A stretch of 60,911 nt of DNA from Candidatus Limnocylindria bacterium (GTDB lineage Bacteria; Chloroflexota; Limnocylindria; P2-11E): NCBI GenBank assembly GCA_035708565.1, contig DASSSF010000097.1, positions 1 through 60,911 on the forward strand, written 5' to 3'. Made by a program: the position numbers and the translations under genes. Position 1 is the first letter of the stretch; every line of letters starts with the position of its first letter. The notes under the pieces were generated by a model. That model was given only the letters and a program-made list of their open reading frames with translations. It ran no database searches and was not told the DNA's origin. Shown piece by piece: positions 9,086 to 19,112 of this stretch.

Positions 9086-9526
9086 ATGAACATCACATCG
9101 TTCGCCATCGCTCTCGTCGTCGCCGCGACCATGTTCGCGCTCGCGCTCACCGCCCTGCCTGAGGGCGCGATCACCCCTCCGGCGGAAGTGTTCCCCGCGT
9201 TCGGGGTGCTGGTCCTGCTCGAGTCCCTCGCCTTCGGCGTCGGCGTCGCCTACGTCCAGAGGGCGCGCCGCACGCTGTTCGGCCCGGGCGTCGTGGCGCT
9301 CGAGCGCGCGGTCGCGTGGTGCGTCGCGTACCTGCTGCTCGCGCCCTGGCCGCACGACTTCCTGCACCGCATCACGCACATCAACGGCGAGTACAACTGG
9401 CCGGCCCTGGCGGTGATCGAGTACGTCTTCCACTTCGGCATCGTTCCGATCGGAGCGCTCGTGGGCGCGTACCTCGTGCGAAGCCACCGGCGGGAGCTCG
9501 CGTCGCGTCCCGCACCGCAGGGCTAG
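9086..9526 (+). CDS. integral membrane protein (hypothetical), divergent from the TetR gene
   Basis: 146 aa with 4 hydrophobic helices. Its divergent position suggests it is the TetR target. Confidence 0.55.
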   Translation: MNITSFAIALVVAATMFALALTALPEGAITPPAEVFPAFGVLVLLESLAFGVGVAYVQRARRTLFGPGVVALERAVAWCVAYLLLAPWPHDFLHRITHINGEYNWPALAVIEYVFHFGIVPIGALVGAYLVRSHRRELASRPAPQG

Positions 9527-9568
9527 CCACCAGGCCGCCCTCCGCGCGCACGTGCCCCGGATCCCGCG

Positions 9569-10732
9569 CTAGTCGGCCGCCACCAGCTTCGCGAGGTACG
9601 CGCGCTTCCACGCCTCATCGAGGTCGCCGAACGGCACGGGCGCACCGGGCACGAGCCAGAGGTGGATCATCTCCCCGCTGCGCGGGAGCGCGATCGACCC
9701 GAGCGGGCACATGCCGAACGGGCTCACGAGCCCGGCGAGCGCGGGCGGCACGAGCGAGAAGCACACCTGCTCGTGGGCGTGCCACACGGTGAGCGGTCCC
9801 CCGATCGTCGGACCGGCCTGACCGAGCTCGGGCATCTGGAAGAGCGCGCCCATGAGCACCGGCCGGCCGTCGGGCGCGAGCGCGTAGACGAGCGTCTCGG
9901 GCCGCTCGGGATCGAAGACGCGGCCGTCCTTCTCGTACGAAGGGTTCGGGGCGTGGAAGTCGATGCCGCGCATGCCGTCGACGCGGTACCCGTCGGCGGC
10001 GGCGACCGCCGGGTCCGCGTATCGCGCGAGCGCCGCGCGCGCCGTGAGCACGAACTGCGTCACGGCCTGCCGCTCGCCGGCGGTGGCGTCGCGCTCCGGC
10101 ACGACCGGAAGGACGGTGCCCGGCGGCGCGACCGCGCCTCCGTGGACGTGATGGCCCGCGACCTCGTCGTGCGTCGCGGCGGACGCGCGGAACGCTCCGA
10201 TCCACGCGCTCGCCGCGGTCCCGACCACGAGCAGGACCACGGCCGCGCCGACCGCGGCGGACCGGAGCCGCCGCGGCGCGGCGCCGAGCGGCCGCTGCGC
10301 GACGATCGCGAGCGCGAGGATCTCGGCGGTCTTCGTCAGGAGCCCGAGCTGATCGGGCGCGTCGCCGCGGAGCGCGGAGGCGCAGTACGCGACGATCGAG
10401 CCGAGCAGGACCGCAGCGCCGAGGCGGCCGACCGGCTCTCCGCGCCAGACCCGCCGCGCGACGAGCGCGAGCAGGAGCGCGTCGAGCGCGAACAGCGCGT
10501 TCGCGGCGCCGCCGTGGTCATCACCGACAGCGAGCCCGGCGTGCACCGCGGCGGATCCGGCGACGAGCGTGAACAGCAGGAGCTCGAGCGGCGAGCGCGA
10601 CCGCGCTCCCGGACCTCGCACGAGCCGGACGACCAGAAGGGCGACGAGCAGGAGCAGGATCGCCGCGGCCGCATGGTCCGGCGCGAGCCGGTAGAGCGGG
10701 CTCCCGCCGACCGCGCCCTGCGCGTGCGCCAT
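9569..10732 (-). CDS. membrane-anchored hypothetical protein
   Basis: 387 aa. The N-terminal half is polytopic membrane and the C-terminal ~200 aa is a soluble domain I do not recognise. High GC3. Confidence 0.6.
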   Translation of the reverse strand: MAHAQGAVGGSPLYRLAPDHAAAAILLLLVALLVVRLVRGPGARSRSPLELLLFTLVAGSAAVHAGLAVGDDHGGAANALFALDALLLALVARRVWRGEPVGRLGAAVLLGSIVAYCASALRGDAPDQLGLLTKTAEILALAIVAQRPLGAAPRRLRSAAVGAAVVLLVVGTAASAWIGAFRASAATHDEVAGHHVHGGAVAPPGTVLPVVPERDATAGERQAVTQFVLTARAALARYADPAVAAADGYRVDGMRGIDFHAPNPSYEKDGRVFDPERPETLVYALAPDGRPVLMGALFQMPELGQAGPTIGGPLTVWHAHEQVCFSLVPPALAGLVSPFGMCPLGSIALPRSGEMIHLWLVPGAPVPFGDLDEAWKRAYLAKLVAAD

Positions 10733-11143
10733 CTAGGCCGCCGCGGCCGCGAGCGGCGCGGCCGCGGCCGCGGCGCGCGCGCGGCGGAGGAGCGCGATCA
10801 CCGCGAGCGGGATGAGCAGCCGCGTGACCAGCGCCGTGGCGGGCGGCAGCGCGCGGGTGATCAGGAGCGCGAGCGCGCCGTCGATCGCGATCGTCGCGAT
10901 CAGCGCGCCCTCCACGACGAAGAGCACCCGGCGCGCCCACCGGCGCTCGTTGCCAACGTTCGCACGCGCGACGAGCAGCGCGGCCGCCGCGGCCGCGCTC
11001 GGCACCGCCGTCGCGGCGCCGCCGCCGAACGCGGAGCCCCAGATCAGCGCCTCGATCGTCGCCGCGACGAGGATCGCGCCCTGCAGCAGCACGAGCGCGC
11101 GGACCACGTCGAGCAGCTGCTCGAGCGTCCGTGGAGCGTTCAT
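10733..11143 (-). CDS. small integral membrane protein (hypothetical)
   Basis: 136 aa with 3-4 helices. Its stop abuts the start of the downstream gene. Confidence 0.5.
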   Translation of the reverse strand: MNAPRTLEQLLDVVRALVLLQGAILVAATIEALIWGSAFGGGAATAVPSAAAAAALLVARANVGNERRWARRVLFVVEGALIATIAIDGALALLITRALPPATALVTRLLIPLAVIALLRRARAAAAAAPLAAAAA

Positions 11144-11325
11144 CGCCGCAGATCATCCGCCGCTCTCTGGCCGGCGTGCGTGCGCTCGGTCACGATCTGG
11201 CCACCTGATCGTTCGAAGTCGGTAAGGAGAGCGGCGCGGCGGCCGACCGGCCGCGCTCGCGGGCGGTGGTCCGGTCCCGCGGGTGCGAGAGCACACTGGC
11301 GTGCCAAGTTGAACCCCTCGACACC

Positions 11326-11880
11326 ATGTCGGGCGTCCTATTGGCTGACGACGTGAGCAGCGGACCCGCGGGCGGCGCTCGACCGTCCCACGACATCGAG
11401 CTCGACTGGCCCGCGCTGTACGAGCGCCACGGCCCGGAGCTGTCGGCGTTCGCCTACCGGCTCACCGGCGACATGGAGGCGGCGAGGGACATCGTGCAGG
11501 ACACCTTCGCGCGGGCGATCGAGCGGGAGCGGTCGCTCCGCGACCGCGGCGCGGTCCGCGCGTGGCTCTACCGCATCGCGGCGCGGCTCGTGGTCTCGCG
11601 CCGGCGGCGGAGAGCGATCCTCGCGTTCGTCCCCTTCGCGGGGACCGAGCGCGCGCCGGAGCCCGACGCCGACACCGCGGCGCTCGTGCGCACGGCTCTC
11701 GCGCGCATCCCCTCGCACGAGGCGGTCGCGCTCGTGCTCGCGTACCACGAGGGCCTCTCGCGCGCGGAGATCGCGTCCGTGCTGGACGTCCCCGAGGAGA
11801 CGGTGAGGACGCGGATCCACCGCGGGCGCAAGAGCTTCGGCGCCGCGTACCGGCGCCTCGAGCGGGGCCTCGCCGGATGA
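11326..11880 (+). CDS. ECF-type RNA polymerase sigma-70 factor
   Basis: Region 2 'DIVQDTFARAIE...AWLYRIAARL' and region 4 'GLSRAEIASVLDVPEETVRTRIHRGRK'. ATG at 11326. Confidence 0.85.
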   Translation: MSGVLLADDVSSGPAGGARPSHDIELDWPALYERHGPELSAFAYRLTGDMEAARDIVQDTFARAIERERSLRDRGAVRAWLYRIAARLVVSRRRRRAILAFVPFAGTERAPEPDADTAALVRTALARIPSHEAVALVLAYHEGLSRAEIASVLDVPEETVRTRIHRGRKSFGAAYRRLERGLAG

Positions 11881-13139
11881 ACGACGAAGAGCTCGAGCGC
11901 CTCCTCCGGACGCCCGAGCGGCGCGTTCCGCTCGCGCCGTTCGCGGACCTCCGCCGCGGCGGCGGCGCGCGGCCGCTCGTGCCCGCGCTCGCGCTCGTCG
12001 TGGCGGTCGTCGTCGGACTGGTCGCCGGCACCCGCCTCCTCGACCTGCGGCAGCAGCAGGCCGCGAGCCCGTCGGCGTCGCCGGCCGCGAGCGCGTCGCC
12101 GCCGGCGTCGCCGTCCGCGTCCGCGACGCCCTCCGCGTCACCGACCTCGGGCACCGCGTCGACCGCGTACGAGAACCCCGTGCTCGGCTACCGGATCGCG
12201 CTCCCGCGGGGGTACCGGCGATCCTTCTCCAACATCGTGACGGCGGCAGGCGGGCGAGGAGGCACCGACTACTACACGCTCACGACCGAGGCCGAAGCGC
12301 GGGCGGCCTGCGAGCGCGACACCGGGCACACCGGAGGGCAGGGGCGCGAGGACGACGTGCACGTCAGCGTGTCCCTCGACGCGCGCGGCATGTCCGCGTT
12401 CGAGTGGGCGACGACGCCGCAGTCCCCGGGCGGGCAGCCGGTGAGCCAGCACCAGCGCGTCGAGCGGCTGACGGTCAACGGGTACGAGGCCGTGCGGCTC
12501 TACCCGGACCAGGCGGGCGTGACCGAGACGCGCTCGTACGTGATCCGCGCGAACGACCGGATCTACTGGATCAGCCCGGTGACGTGGAGGACGCCGTCGG
12601 CGCTCCCGAAGGGCTGGCTCGACGACATCGTCCGCACCTTCACCGCGGTCACGCCGCAGGCGTTCCCCGCTCCCACGCCGACCGCGGACCCCGCCTCGTC
12701 CGCGCGGCTCGCGGCGGGCAGGCTCGCGGACGCGTTCGCGGCGCGTGACGCGGACGCGGTCCGCGCGCTCATGCCGGACTGCTGGATCGCCGCCTGGCAC
12801 TGGATCGACGGCAAAGTGGTCGGCATGGGGCCGCTCAACCGGTCCGTGAGCCTTTTCACGCGCGGCCTGCGTGACGCGTTCGCGAAGGGCCTGTCGGTCA
12901 GCGTGGAGCGGCAGGTGCAGACCGAGACGGAGGGCGGGCGGACCACGTACTTCGTGCGGTCGGAGTGGCGCGAGGCCGGGAAGACGATCCGCGCCGACCT
13001 CTTCCTCGACGAGCGCGACGGCCGCTGGCAGTGGTCGGCCGCGCGGCACCAGCTCCGGAGCGGCGAGGAACCGAGCGCGTGCGTCGCCTACCCGAGCCCG
13101 TGGACCCGCCCCGACGGTCCCGTGGGCTGCCCGCCGTAG
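11877..13139 (+). CDS. putative anti-sigma factor / membrane-anchored extracytoplasmic protein
   Basis: ATGA overlap with the sigma factor gene. Short cytoplasmic N-terminus, one TM segment (LVPALALVVAVVVGLVAG), a Ser/Pro/Ala linker, then a ~330-aa external domain I do not recognise. Confidence 0.6.
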   Translation: MNDEELERLLRTPERRVPLAPFADLRRGGGARPLVPALALVVAVVVGLVAGTRLLDLRQQQAASPSASPAASASPPASPSASATPSASPTSGTASTAYENPVLGYRIALPRGYRRSFSNIVTAAGGRGGTDYYTLTTEAEARAACERDTGHTGGQGREDDVHVSVSLDARGMSAFEWATTPQSPGGQPVSQHQRVERLTVNGYEAVRLYPDQAGVTETRSYVIRANDRIYWISPVTWRTPSALPKGWLDDIVRTFTAVTPQAFPAPTPTADPASSARLAAGRLADAFAARDADAVRALMPDCWIAAWHWIDGKVVGMGPLNRSVSLFTRGLRDAFAKGLSVSVERQVQTETEGGRTTYFVRSEWREAGKTIRADLFLDERDGRWQWSAARHQLRSGEEPSACVAYPSPWTRPDGPVGCPP

Positions 13140-13171
13140 CGCCGCTCTCGCCGGGCGCGGCGTCCGCGCGC

Positions 13172-13187
13172 CTCCTCCATGGAGGAG
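13172..13187. terminator. perfect 16-bp palindrome between convergent genes (bidirectional terminator candidate)
   Basis: CTCCTCCATGGAGGAG. It is nested inside an outer inverted repeat TAGCGCCG...CGGCGCTA that contains both stop codons. Confidence 0.4.
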
Positions 13188-13196
13188 CCTACGGCG

Positions 13197-14954
13197 CTAG
13201 AACGGCGCGGTCCGGACGAGCGAGCTCTTGAGGCCGAGCGTGTGGCGCAGGAACTTGTCGCCGGGCAGGTCCGCCACGCCGAGGGAGCCGACGACCTTCA
13301 CCGAAACGGGCCGGCCTCCGGACGACAGCGCGAACTGCATGTTGACCAGCTGACCGATGTCGATGCCGTAGTCGACGATGATCTCGCGCCGCACGAGGTC
13401 CGACGAGAACGAGCGGTCCCAGACGTGCGGCATCGCGCCGAACTTGTCCCACGCGGCGAGCTCGGCCGGATCCTCGACCGGCTTCGTGTACGGCCAGTCC
13501 GCCTCGCAGGTCCACCTGCCCGCGACCCTCTCGACGTCGAGCGTGCAGCCGACGTTCTCCGACACGCCGCCGTGCGCCGACGAGAAGAGCGCGCGGATCG
13601 GCTTGCCCTGGTAGACGAGGATCTGGCCCTTCGTCGCCTGCACCGCCGCCGTCGAGCGCGGGCTCTCGTGCGACCGGCCGCCGTAGCACTGGTCGGCGAT
13701 GTCGTCGAGGACGTCCCAGTGCCGCTTCTGCGCGGTGGACTGCCGCCACGCCGCGTACGTCCGCGCCGCGATCGCCTGCGCGCGGAGGGCCTCGAACTCC
13801 CACCACGCGGGCATCTCGCTCGGGAGCACGCCCTGCATGTAGTCGTCGGAGGACACGTAGTTCACGACCGCGATGCCCGTCGCGCCGATCTGCACGCGGA
13901 TGTTGCCGCGGTACGCGAGGCCCTTCTCGCGGATCGCGATCGGGTCCCACCACTGGATCGGCGTGAAGGTCACGGCGGCGTCGCCGATGTAGACCCAGGA
14001 CCATCCGCCGTCGGCGCTCACGTGGAGGCGGCCGCCGATGTTGTGGACGTCGAGCGGGTGGTCGGGGCCGACCTCCGCGTAGACGACGCCCGGCTGCTGG
14101 TCGTTCACGAGCCGCATCCCGCCGGCGGACCACATCCGCGCGCGGTCGTGGATCGTGCGCTTCACGCACCCGGTCGACGGATACGAGAGCAGCACGCGGA
14201 ACGGCGACGACGGCGGCTGCTGGCCGAGCGAGGCGCCCGGGAAGTAGTGAAGGGCGATCTCCTCGCCGTTCTTCCTCGTTCCCGCCGCGCCGAGCGCCCA
14301 GCCCTGCGCGCCCCACTGCGACAGGCCGCTGCCGTGGCCCCAGCCCTTCCCGTAGAGGGTGACGCCCTCGGCGCGGACCGCGACGGTCGTCCCGCGCGCC
14401 CTCGCCTCGCCGCCGGCGAACCAGCCGCTCCGCTCGCGCACGAGATCCCAGGCGAGCGTGTAGAAGCCGGGCGCGTCCGGCACGCGCACGCCGGCCACGA
14501 CCGTCGCGCTCCGGCCGGGCAGCACGTCCGCGGCGATCGGCGTGCGCAGCCCGTCCCAGACCACGACCGTTCCGGTCTCGTCGTACCAGTGGTACGAGAG
14601 GCGCACCGGATCGTCGTCCGCCGCCGCCCAGGTGCCGAGGCCCGCGTTCGTGACGCGCACCTCGACCCACATCTCGCTGCCCGGGACGGCGAGCACCGGC
14701 GTCGCGACCGGGGAGATCTTGGCGTCGTCCTCGAAGGCCATGCGCTGGATGACCCCGCGCGCGTCGCCGCCGCGGGCGAGGACGAGCGCGCCGCCCCGCG
14801 CGACGAGCTCACCGAGCGGAGCGATCATGCGAGCGGCCCCCTGCTCGCCCGTGGCGTCGCCTATCGTCGCGACCAGCCCCGCGAACGTAACGACGGTCGC
14901 GACGGCGAGCGATGCGCGACGCGACCTCGTGAGCCCCAACATCCCGCTCCGCAT
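13197..14954 (-). CDS. SpoIID/LytB-domain protein with an N-terminal Ig-like module (secreted)
   Basis: SpoIID motifs 'AQAIAARTYAAW', 'DDIADQCYGG' and 'FSSAHGGVSENV'. Signal-anchor N-terminus. N-terminal module '...VEVRVTNAGLGTW...PGRSATVVAGVRVPDAPGFYTLAWDLV'. Confidence 0.8.
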   Translation of the reverse strand: MRSGMLGLTRSRRASLAVATVVTFAGLVATIGDATGEQGAARMIAPLGELVARGGALVLARGGDARGVIQRMAFEDDAKISPVATPVLAVPGSEMWVEVRVTNAGLGTWAAADDDPVRLSYHWYDETGTVVVWDGLRTPIAADVLPGRSATVVAGVRVPDAPGFYTLAWDLVRERSGWFAGGEARARGTTVAVRAEGVTLYGKGWGHGSGLSQWGAQGWALGAAGTRKNGEEIALHYFPGASLGQQPPSSPFRVLLSYPSTGCVKRTIHDRARMWSAGGMRLVNDQQPGVVYAEVGPDHPLDVHNIGGRLHVSADGGWSWVYIGDAAVTFTPIQWWDPIAIREKGLAYRGNIRVQIGATGIAVVNYVSSDDYMQGVLPSEMPAWWEFEALRAQAIAARTYAAWRQSTAQKRHWDVLDDIADQCYGGRSHESPRSTAAVQATKGQILVYQGKPIRALFSSAHGGVSENVGCTLDVERVAGRWTCEADWPYTKPVEDPAELAAWDKFGAMPHVWDRSFSSDLVRREIIVDYGIDIGQLVNMQFALSSGGRPVSVKVVGSLGVADLPGDKFLRHTLGLKSSLVRTAPF

Positions 14955-15078
14955 CGAACAGCGATCGCGGCCCGTTGAGGATCACCATCGCCCGCTCGCT
15001 CGCCTCGGTCGATACCGGATAGATCGGCGAGACCGCCGAAAGGAGATCGCGCGACGGTGATGCGCCTCGCATGATCGC

Positions 15079-16548
15079 GTGATGCGCGCGCTGCTCCTCG
15101 CTCTCGCGCTCGTCGGATGCACGGCGGCGCAGATCGATCCCCCCGCCCGGGCCACCACCGCTCCGACCACGGTCGAGCTCGCGGAGCCGCGCGCCGCCGT
15201 CGCCGAGGAGTCGCTGCGCTGCAGCGAGCGCCTCGCGCTGCCGCCGATCGCCGACGTCGTGGACGCGCGCTGGTCCCCGGACTCGCGGTCGCTCGCGATC
15301 GTCCGGTTCCACCTCGTTCCGTCGCGCTTCACGATCACGGGCCACGAGGAGCAGCGGATCCTCTCGATCGTCGACGTCGCGACCGGGACGGTGCGCGACC
15401 TCAACGTCGCGACGTATCCCGAGTGGTCCGCGTCGGGCGGTCTCCTCTCCTACTGGCGCGACGAGAACAGGAGCAAGGAGGACGAGTTCCTCCGCGTCGT
15501 CCGCGACGGCAGGACCGTAGGCCTCGTCGAGTCGACGCAGCCGGAGGCGCGGTGGGTCGGCGAGGAGCTCCTCCACTGGTACGTGAACGAGATCCGCGCG
15601 TGGAAGGACGGCCAGGTCCGCACGGTCGCGACGGTCTCGCTGCCCGCGCCGATCTACCCCGCCGAGGACACGGCCTTCAGCGCCGACGGGACCCAGTTCA
15701 CGGTCACGCGGCACCTCCTCTCCGGCGCCGTTCAGCGGTACCTCGGCGTCACGCGGACGGGCGAGGTCACCGCGATCACGGACCCCGATGTCGCGCACAC
15801 CGAGTGGTCCCCGCGCGGCGCCACGCTCCTCCTCCGCTCGCGCGACCGCGTCACGCTCCGCGCCGCGGACGGCACGCAGCGCACGGCGGCGCTCGATCCG
15901 AAGGCGCGCGTGCACGGCTGGACGGCCGATGGCCGGCTCATCCTCGGCACGGTCTCGCCGACGGTCCCCGGCGGGGACGCGCTCGACCAGTTCACGGTGT
16001 TCGGCGCGAAGAGCCTCGCGTCGCTCCCGAACCTCGCGGGCGCCCGCGCGTTCAGCCCCGACGGCACGCTCTTCGCGGGCGTGAGCCGCACCGGCGTCGC
16101 CTCGAACCAGCTGGAGCTCTTCCGCTGCGGGCCCGCCGCGGGTACCGAGACGCGCGCGGCCGCGGCCGCCCGCGGCACGCAGCGCATGCGGGAGGACGGG
16201 CTCCGCTCGCTCCGGCCGGTGGTCGGCGCGATCACCCAGTACCGGCAGGGACGCCACACCGGCGTCGACATCGGCGCCCCGCTCGGATCGATCGTCTACG
16301 CGGCCGACGACGGCGTCGTGAGCGCGACGGAGCGCCATCCGGTCGGCGGCTACCGCGTGTGCGTGACGCAGGCCGACGGGCTCGAGTCGTGCGCGTACCA
16401 CACCGCGCACGCGCTCGTCGACGTCGGCGAGACCGTCGCGCGCGGCCAGCCGATCGCGCTCGTGGGCCTCACCGGCATCACGACAGGCTCCCACCTCCAC
16501 TGGGAGGTCAGGCAGAACGGCGAGGTGGTGGACCCGCTCGGCCGGTAG
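15079..16548 (+). CDS. lipoprotein with beta-propeller-like region and a C-terminal M23 metallopeptidase domain
   Basis: Lipobox 'LALALVGC'. M23 motifs 'HTGVDIGAP' and 'GSHLHWEV'. The start is the GTG at 15079 or the ATG at 15082. Confidence 0.8.
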   Translation: MMRALLLALALVGCTAAQIDPPARATTAPTTVELAEPRAAVAEESLRCSERLALPPIADVVDARWSPDSRSLAIVRFHLVPSRFTITGHEEQRILSIVDVATGTVRDLNVATYPEWSASGGLLSYWRDENRSKEDEFLRVVRDGRTVGLVESTQPEARWVGEELLHWYVNEIRAWKDGQVRTVATVSLPAPIYPAEDTAFSADGTQFTVTRHLLSGAVQRYLGVTRTGEVTAITDPDVAHTEWSPRGATLLLRSRDRVTLRAADGTQRTAALDPKARVHGWTADGRLILGTVSPTVPGGDALDQFTVFGAKSLASLPNLAGARAFSPDGTLFAGVSRTGVASNQLELFRCGPAAGTETRAAAAARGTQRMREDGLRSLRPVVGAITQYRQGRHTGVDIGAPLGSIVYAADDGVVSATERHPVGGYRVCVTQADGLESCAYHTAHALVDVGETVARGQPIALVGLTGITTGSHLHWEVRQNGEVVDPLGR

Positions 16549-16565
16549 CGGATAGCGTCGGCTCC

Positions 16566-17000
16566 GTGGACGCGGCAGCCGTCGTCGAGCGGACGAGGAG
16601 CGTGCTCCTCGTGGACTGGCCGAGCCGGGAGGTGCCGGACGCGCTCGCGCAACGCGGGCTCGGCGTGATCTCCCAGGACGGACCGGACACGTACAACGCG
16701 TACGAGCCTGCGGGGGCGGGCGTTCGGGTGACACCCGCGGCGCCGCCCGAGCACGTCGACCTCGTCTACGCGCACCGGCCGATCGACGAGCTGCCGGACA
16801 TCGTGGCGCTCGCGCTCACGCACGGCGCGGCCGCGGTCTGGTTCCAGTCCGGGCGCGATCGCTCGGGCGCGAAGGATCCGCATGGCTGCTGGATCCCAAG
16901 CGAGGAGGCCGAGCGGGCGAGGCGGATCGTGGAGGAGGCGGGTCTCGCCTACATCGATGCGCCGTACATCGCGGAGGCGTTCGCGACGCGCTCCGGCTGA
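16566..17000 (+). CDS. CoA-binding domain protein
   Basis: GTG at 16566. 144 aa with a Rossmann-like 'SVLLVDWPSREVP...VDLVYAHRP...AVWFQSG' pattern typical of small CoA-binding proteins. Confidence 0.6.
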   Translation: MDAAAVVERTRSVLLVDWPSREVPDALAQRGLGVISQDGPDTYNAYEPAGAGVRVTPAAPPEHVDLVYAHRPIDELPDIVALALTHGAAAVWFQSGRDRSGAKDPHGCWIPSEEAERARRIVEEAGLAYIDAPYIAEAFATRSG

Positions 17001-17022
17001 CCGGCGGGAGCGGACCCGGCGA

Positions 17023-17883
17023 TCACACGAAGAACGCCACCATCGCGCGATGCTCGACCAGCCGCGCCATGTCCTCGTCGCTCGGACGCGGGCCCTGCCT
17101 GCTCGCGGCGTCGAGCACCTTCGGCAGGAGCCCGAGGTCGCCGACCGTGTTGAGGAACAGCTCGGGCCGCGAGAGCACCCACCACACCGCGAGGTCGATG
17201 TCCCGCTGCTCGGTGAGCGGCTCGTACCACGTGGTCGGCGTCGCCGGGCGCTCGGTCCGCCACGGCCCGAGCGTGATCGACTTGATCGTCTGCATCGCGA
17301 CGCCGTGCGCGTCGCAGTAGGCGATGAGCGCCTCGGCGTCCGCGGCGTACTGGCCGCGCATCTGCGTCACGTTGTACGGGAACAGCACCGAGTCGAACGC
17401 GAAGCGCTCGAGGCTGCGGCGGTGCTGCCGGGGGGCGAGCACGCCGTGCCCGGTGACGCCGATCCACCGCGCGAGCCCCGCGTCGCGCGCCTCGACCGCC
17501 GCGCGGAGGGCGCCGTCCGGCGCGAACGCCCGCTCCCACTCGTCCTCGGCGACGAGGTTGTGGAGCTGGATGAGGTCGACGTGGTCCGTCCCGAGACGCC
17601 CGAGCGACGCGCGGATCTCGTCGCGGGCGCCCGCGTACGTGCGCTGCCCGGTCTTGGTGGCGAGGAAGAAGCGGTCCCGTCCGAAGCGCGCGAGCCACGG
17701 CGCGATGCGAAGCTCGGAGTCGCCGTACGAGGCGGCCGTGTCGATGTGGTCGACGCCGTGCGCGAGCAGGAGCTCGAGCGTACTGTCCGCGTCCGCCTGC
17801 GTCGCGCGCGCGAGCGCGGCGGCGCCGAAGATCGTGCGCGCGCTCAGGTGGCCGGTGCGGCCGAAGCGCGCGCGCGCGATCAC
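17023..17883 (-). CDS. aldo/keto reductase
   Basis: '[15 protein letters not shown]', 'FLATKTG' and 'VDLIQLHN' are AKR family motifs. Confidence 0.85.
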   Translation of the reverse strand: MIARARFGRTGHLSARTIFGAAALARATQADADSTLELLLAHGVDHIDTAASYGDSELRIAPWLARFGRDRFFLATKTGQRTYAGARDEIRASLGRLGTDHVDLIQLHNLVAEDEWERAFAPDGALRAAVEARDAGLARWIGVTGHGVLAPRQHRRSLERFAFDSVLFPYNVTQMRGQYAADAEALIAYCDAHGVAMQTIKSITLGPWRTERPATPTTWYEPLTEQRDIDLAVWWVLSRPELFLNTVGDLGLLPKVLDAASRQGPRPSDEDMARLVEHRAMVAFFV

Positions 17884-18095
17884 GCCCGCAGCCTACCGCG
17901 CGGCTGGGCGGCGACGACCGGATGCCGGAGGATCTTCCGGAGCCGCGACGCGCGGATCCGCCGCGGGTCCGGCAGGCGGATCGCGTTCTTCGCCGCGGGC
18001 ATCGCCCCGACGCTATGCCGCCGGGCGCGGCGCGGAAGGGACGAACGGACCGCTCCGAGAGGCCCTTGCGCCCAGGTCAGGGGGAGCAGAACGAG

Positions 18096-18121
18096 AAGGG
18101 CCGCCCCCTCGGGCGGCCCTT
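18096..18121 (-). terminator. GC-rich hairpin downstream of the S1 protease gene
   Basis: AAGGGCCGCCC-cctc-GGGCGGCCCTT: an 11-bp perfect stem with a 4-nt loop, 22 nt past the stop. No T-tract. Confidence 0.5.
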
Positions 18122-18142
18122 CGTCACGTCAGCGGGGACGCG

Positions 18143-18943
18143 TCAATCGAGGAACGTGCGGACCCAGTCGAGGCTCCAGTAGCGGTCCACCCGGAACACG
18201 CCGCCGGTACCCGCGCAGTTCCCGTTGAGGCCGAACGAGGTGACGCCGCCCACGACGTTCGAGCTCCCGACGAAGTTCGGGCCGCCCGAATCGCCGAAGC
18301 ACGTGCCGCCGCTGTTCGCGTTGTTCGAGAGGAGCAGCGAGAAGTCACCCACGAGGCCGCCGTTGATCTGCACCAGGTACGGGTACGCGACCATGCGCGT
18401 GCGGAGACGGCTCTCCTTCCACGAGGCCGCGTCCGGGAACGACTTCTGGAGGCCGTAGCCGACCGTGGTGAAGCGCGTGCCCTCGCCGGGGCGGAGCGCG
18501 TCGAGCTGGTCGAGCTGCGGCAACGCGCCGTACTTGCCCAGCTTCACCGGCTTCTTGAGGACGACGATGCCGAGGTCGCGGTAGTAGAACTGGTTGGGCC
18601 GGTATTCCGGGTGCGTGTAGGTCGTGCCGCTGACCTCGCCCTTGAACGGATAGCCGCTGGTCCCGGCGCGGATCTCCGGCTCGAGGTCCGAGTCGAACCA
18701 GATCTCGGCCGAGGCCGCGGGAGACTCGGTGCAGTGACCGGCGGTCAGGTACACGGTGGGCGAGATGAGCGTGCCGCTGCAGCGCCAGAGCGGGCTGCCC
18801 TTCGCGTCCTTGGCGACCATGAGGCCGACGTACGGGTGGCCGTTGCCATCGAGCTCGCCGTCCGTGACCGCGCTCGCCGGCGCCGTGGCGCCCGTCGAGA
18901 ACGCGAACACGAGGGCGACGAGCAGCGCGAGCTTCCGAAGCAT
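18143..18943 (-). CDS. secreted trypsin-like serine protease (S1 family)
   Basis: Signal peptide, then 'LTAGHC' (His), 'GDSGGP' (Ser) and conserved Cys pairs. Confidence 0.85.
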   Translation of the reverse strand: MLRKLALLVALVFAFSTGATAPASAVTDGELDGNGHPYVGLMVAKDAKGSPLWRCSGTLISPTVYLTAGHCTESPAASAEIWFDSDLEPEIRAGTSGYPFKGEVSGTTYTHPEYRPNQFYYRDLGIVVLKKPVKLGKYGALPQLDQLDALRPGEGTRFTTVGYGLQKSFPDAASWKESRLRTRMVAYPYLVQINGGLVGDFSLLLSNNANSGGTCFGDSGGPNFVGSSNVVGGVTSFGLNGNCAGTGGVFRVDRYWSLDWVRTFLD

Positions 18944-19112
18944 GTGCTCCCCTTCCTTGTGGGCGGCACGGTGGGTGTGCCGTATTCGTCATGGGAACGG
19001 TACCCGAACGTCCGGCCCGTAACAGCCGAGCGAGCCCGCTAAAGCCGCGGCGCGACCGCGGCCGCTACCTGTTCCGATCGCGGCGCGGCGGGACGCGGGT
19101 ACGCTCTCGGCC

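Noticed and set aside
11144-11325. An ECF autoregulatory promoter (GGAAC-N16-17-CGTT type) upstream of the sigma factor gene
   Set aside because: The only match is a weak GGTCAC-N16-CGTT at about 11190-11215. It is not convincing without a transcription start site.
12060-12150. Ser/Pro/Ala-rich repeat (ASPSASPAASASPPASPSASATPSASPTS) as a distinct repeat element
   Set aside because: It is an ordinary low-complexity extracytoplasmic linker directly after the TM helix of the anti-sigma-like protein, with no regular unit at the DNA level.
14955-15078. A ydaO-type (c-di-AMP) riboswitch upstream of the M23 hydrolase
   Set aside because: I could not find the pseudo-two-fold architecture or the conserved ACGR/GGGGA-type elements, and the region is too short (124 bp, shared with a divergent promoter). 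It is reported only as a generic structured leader.
14809-16734. 641-aa minus-strand ORF and the 627-aa plus-strand ORF 15117-17000 across the M23 gene
   Set aside because: These are shadow ORFs of the M23 lipoprotein gene (Arg/Pro-rich). Only the last 144 codons of 15117-17000 (the CoA-binding protein from the GTG at 16566) look genuine.
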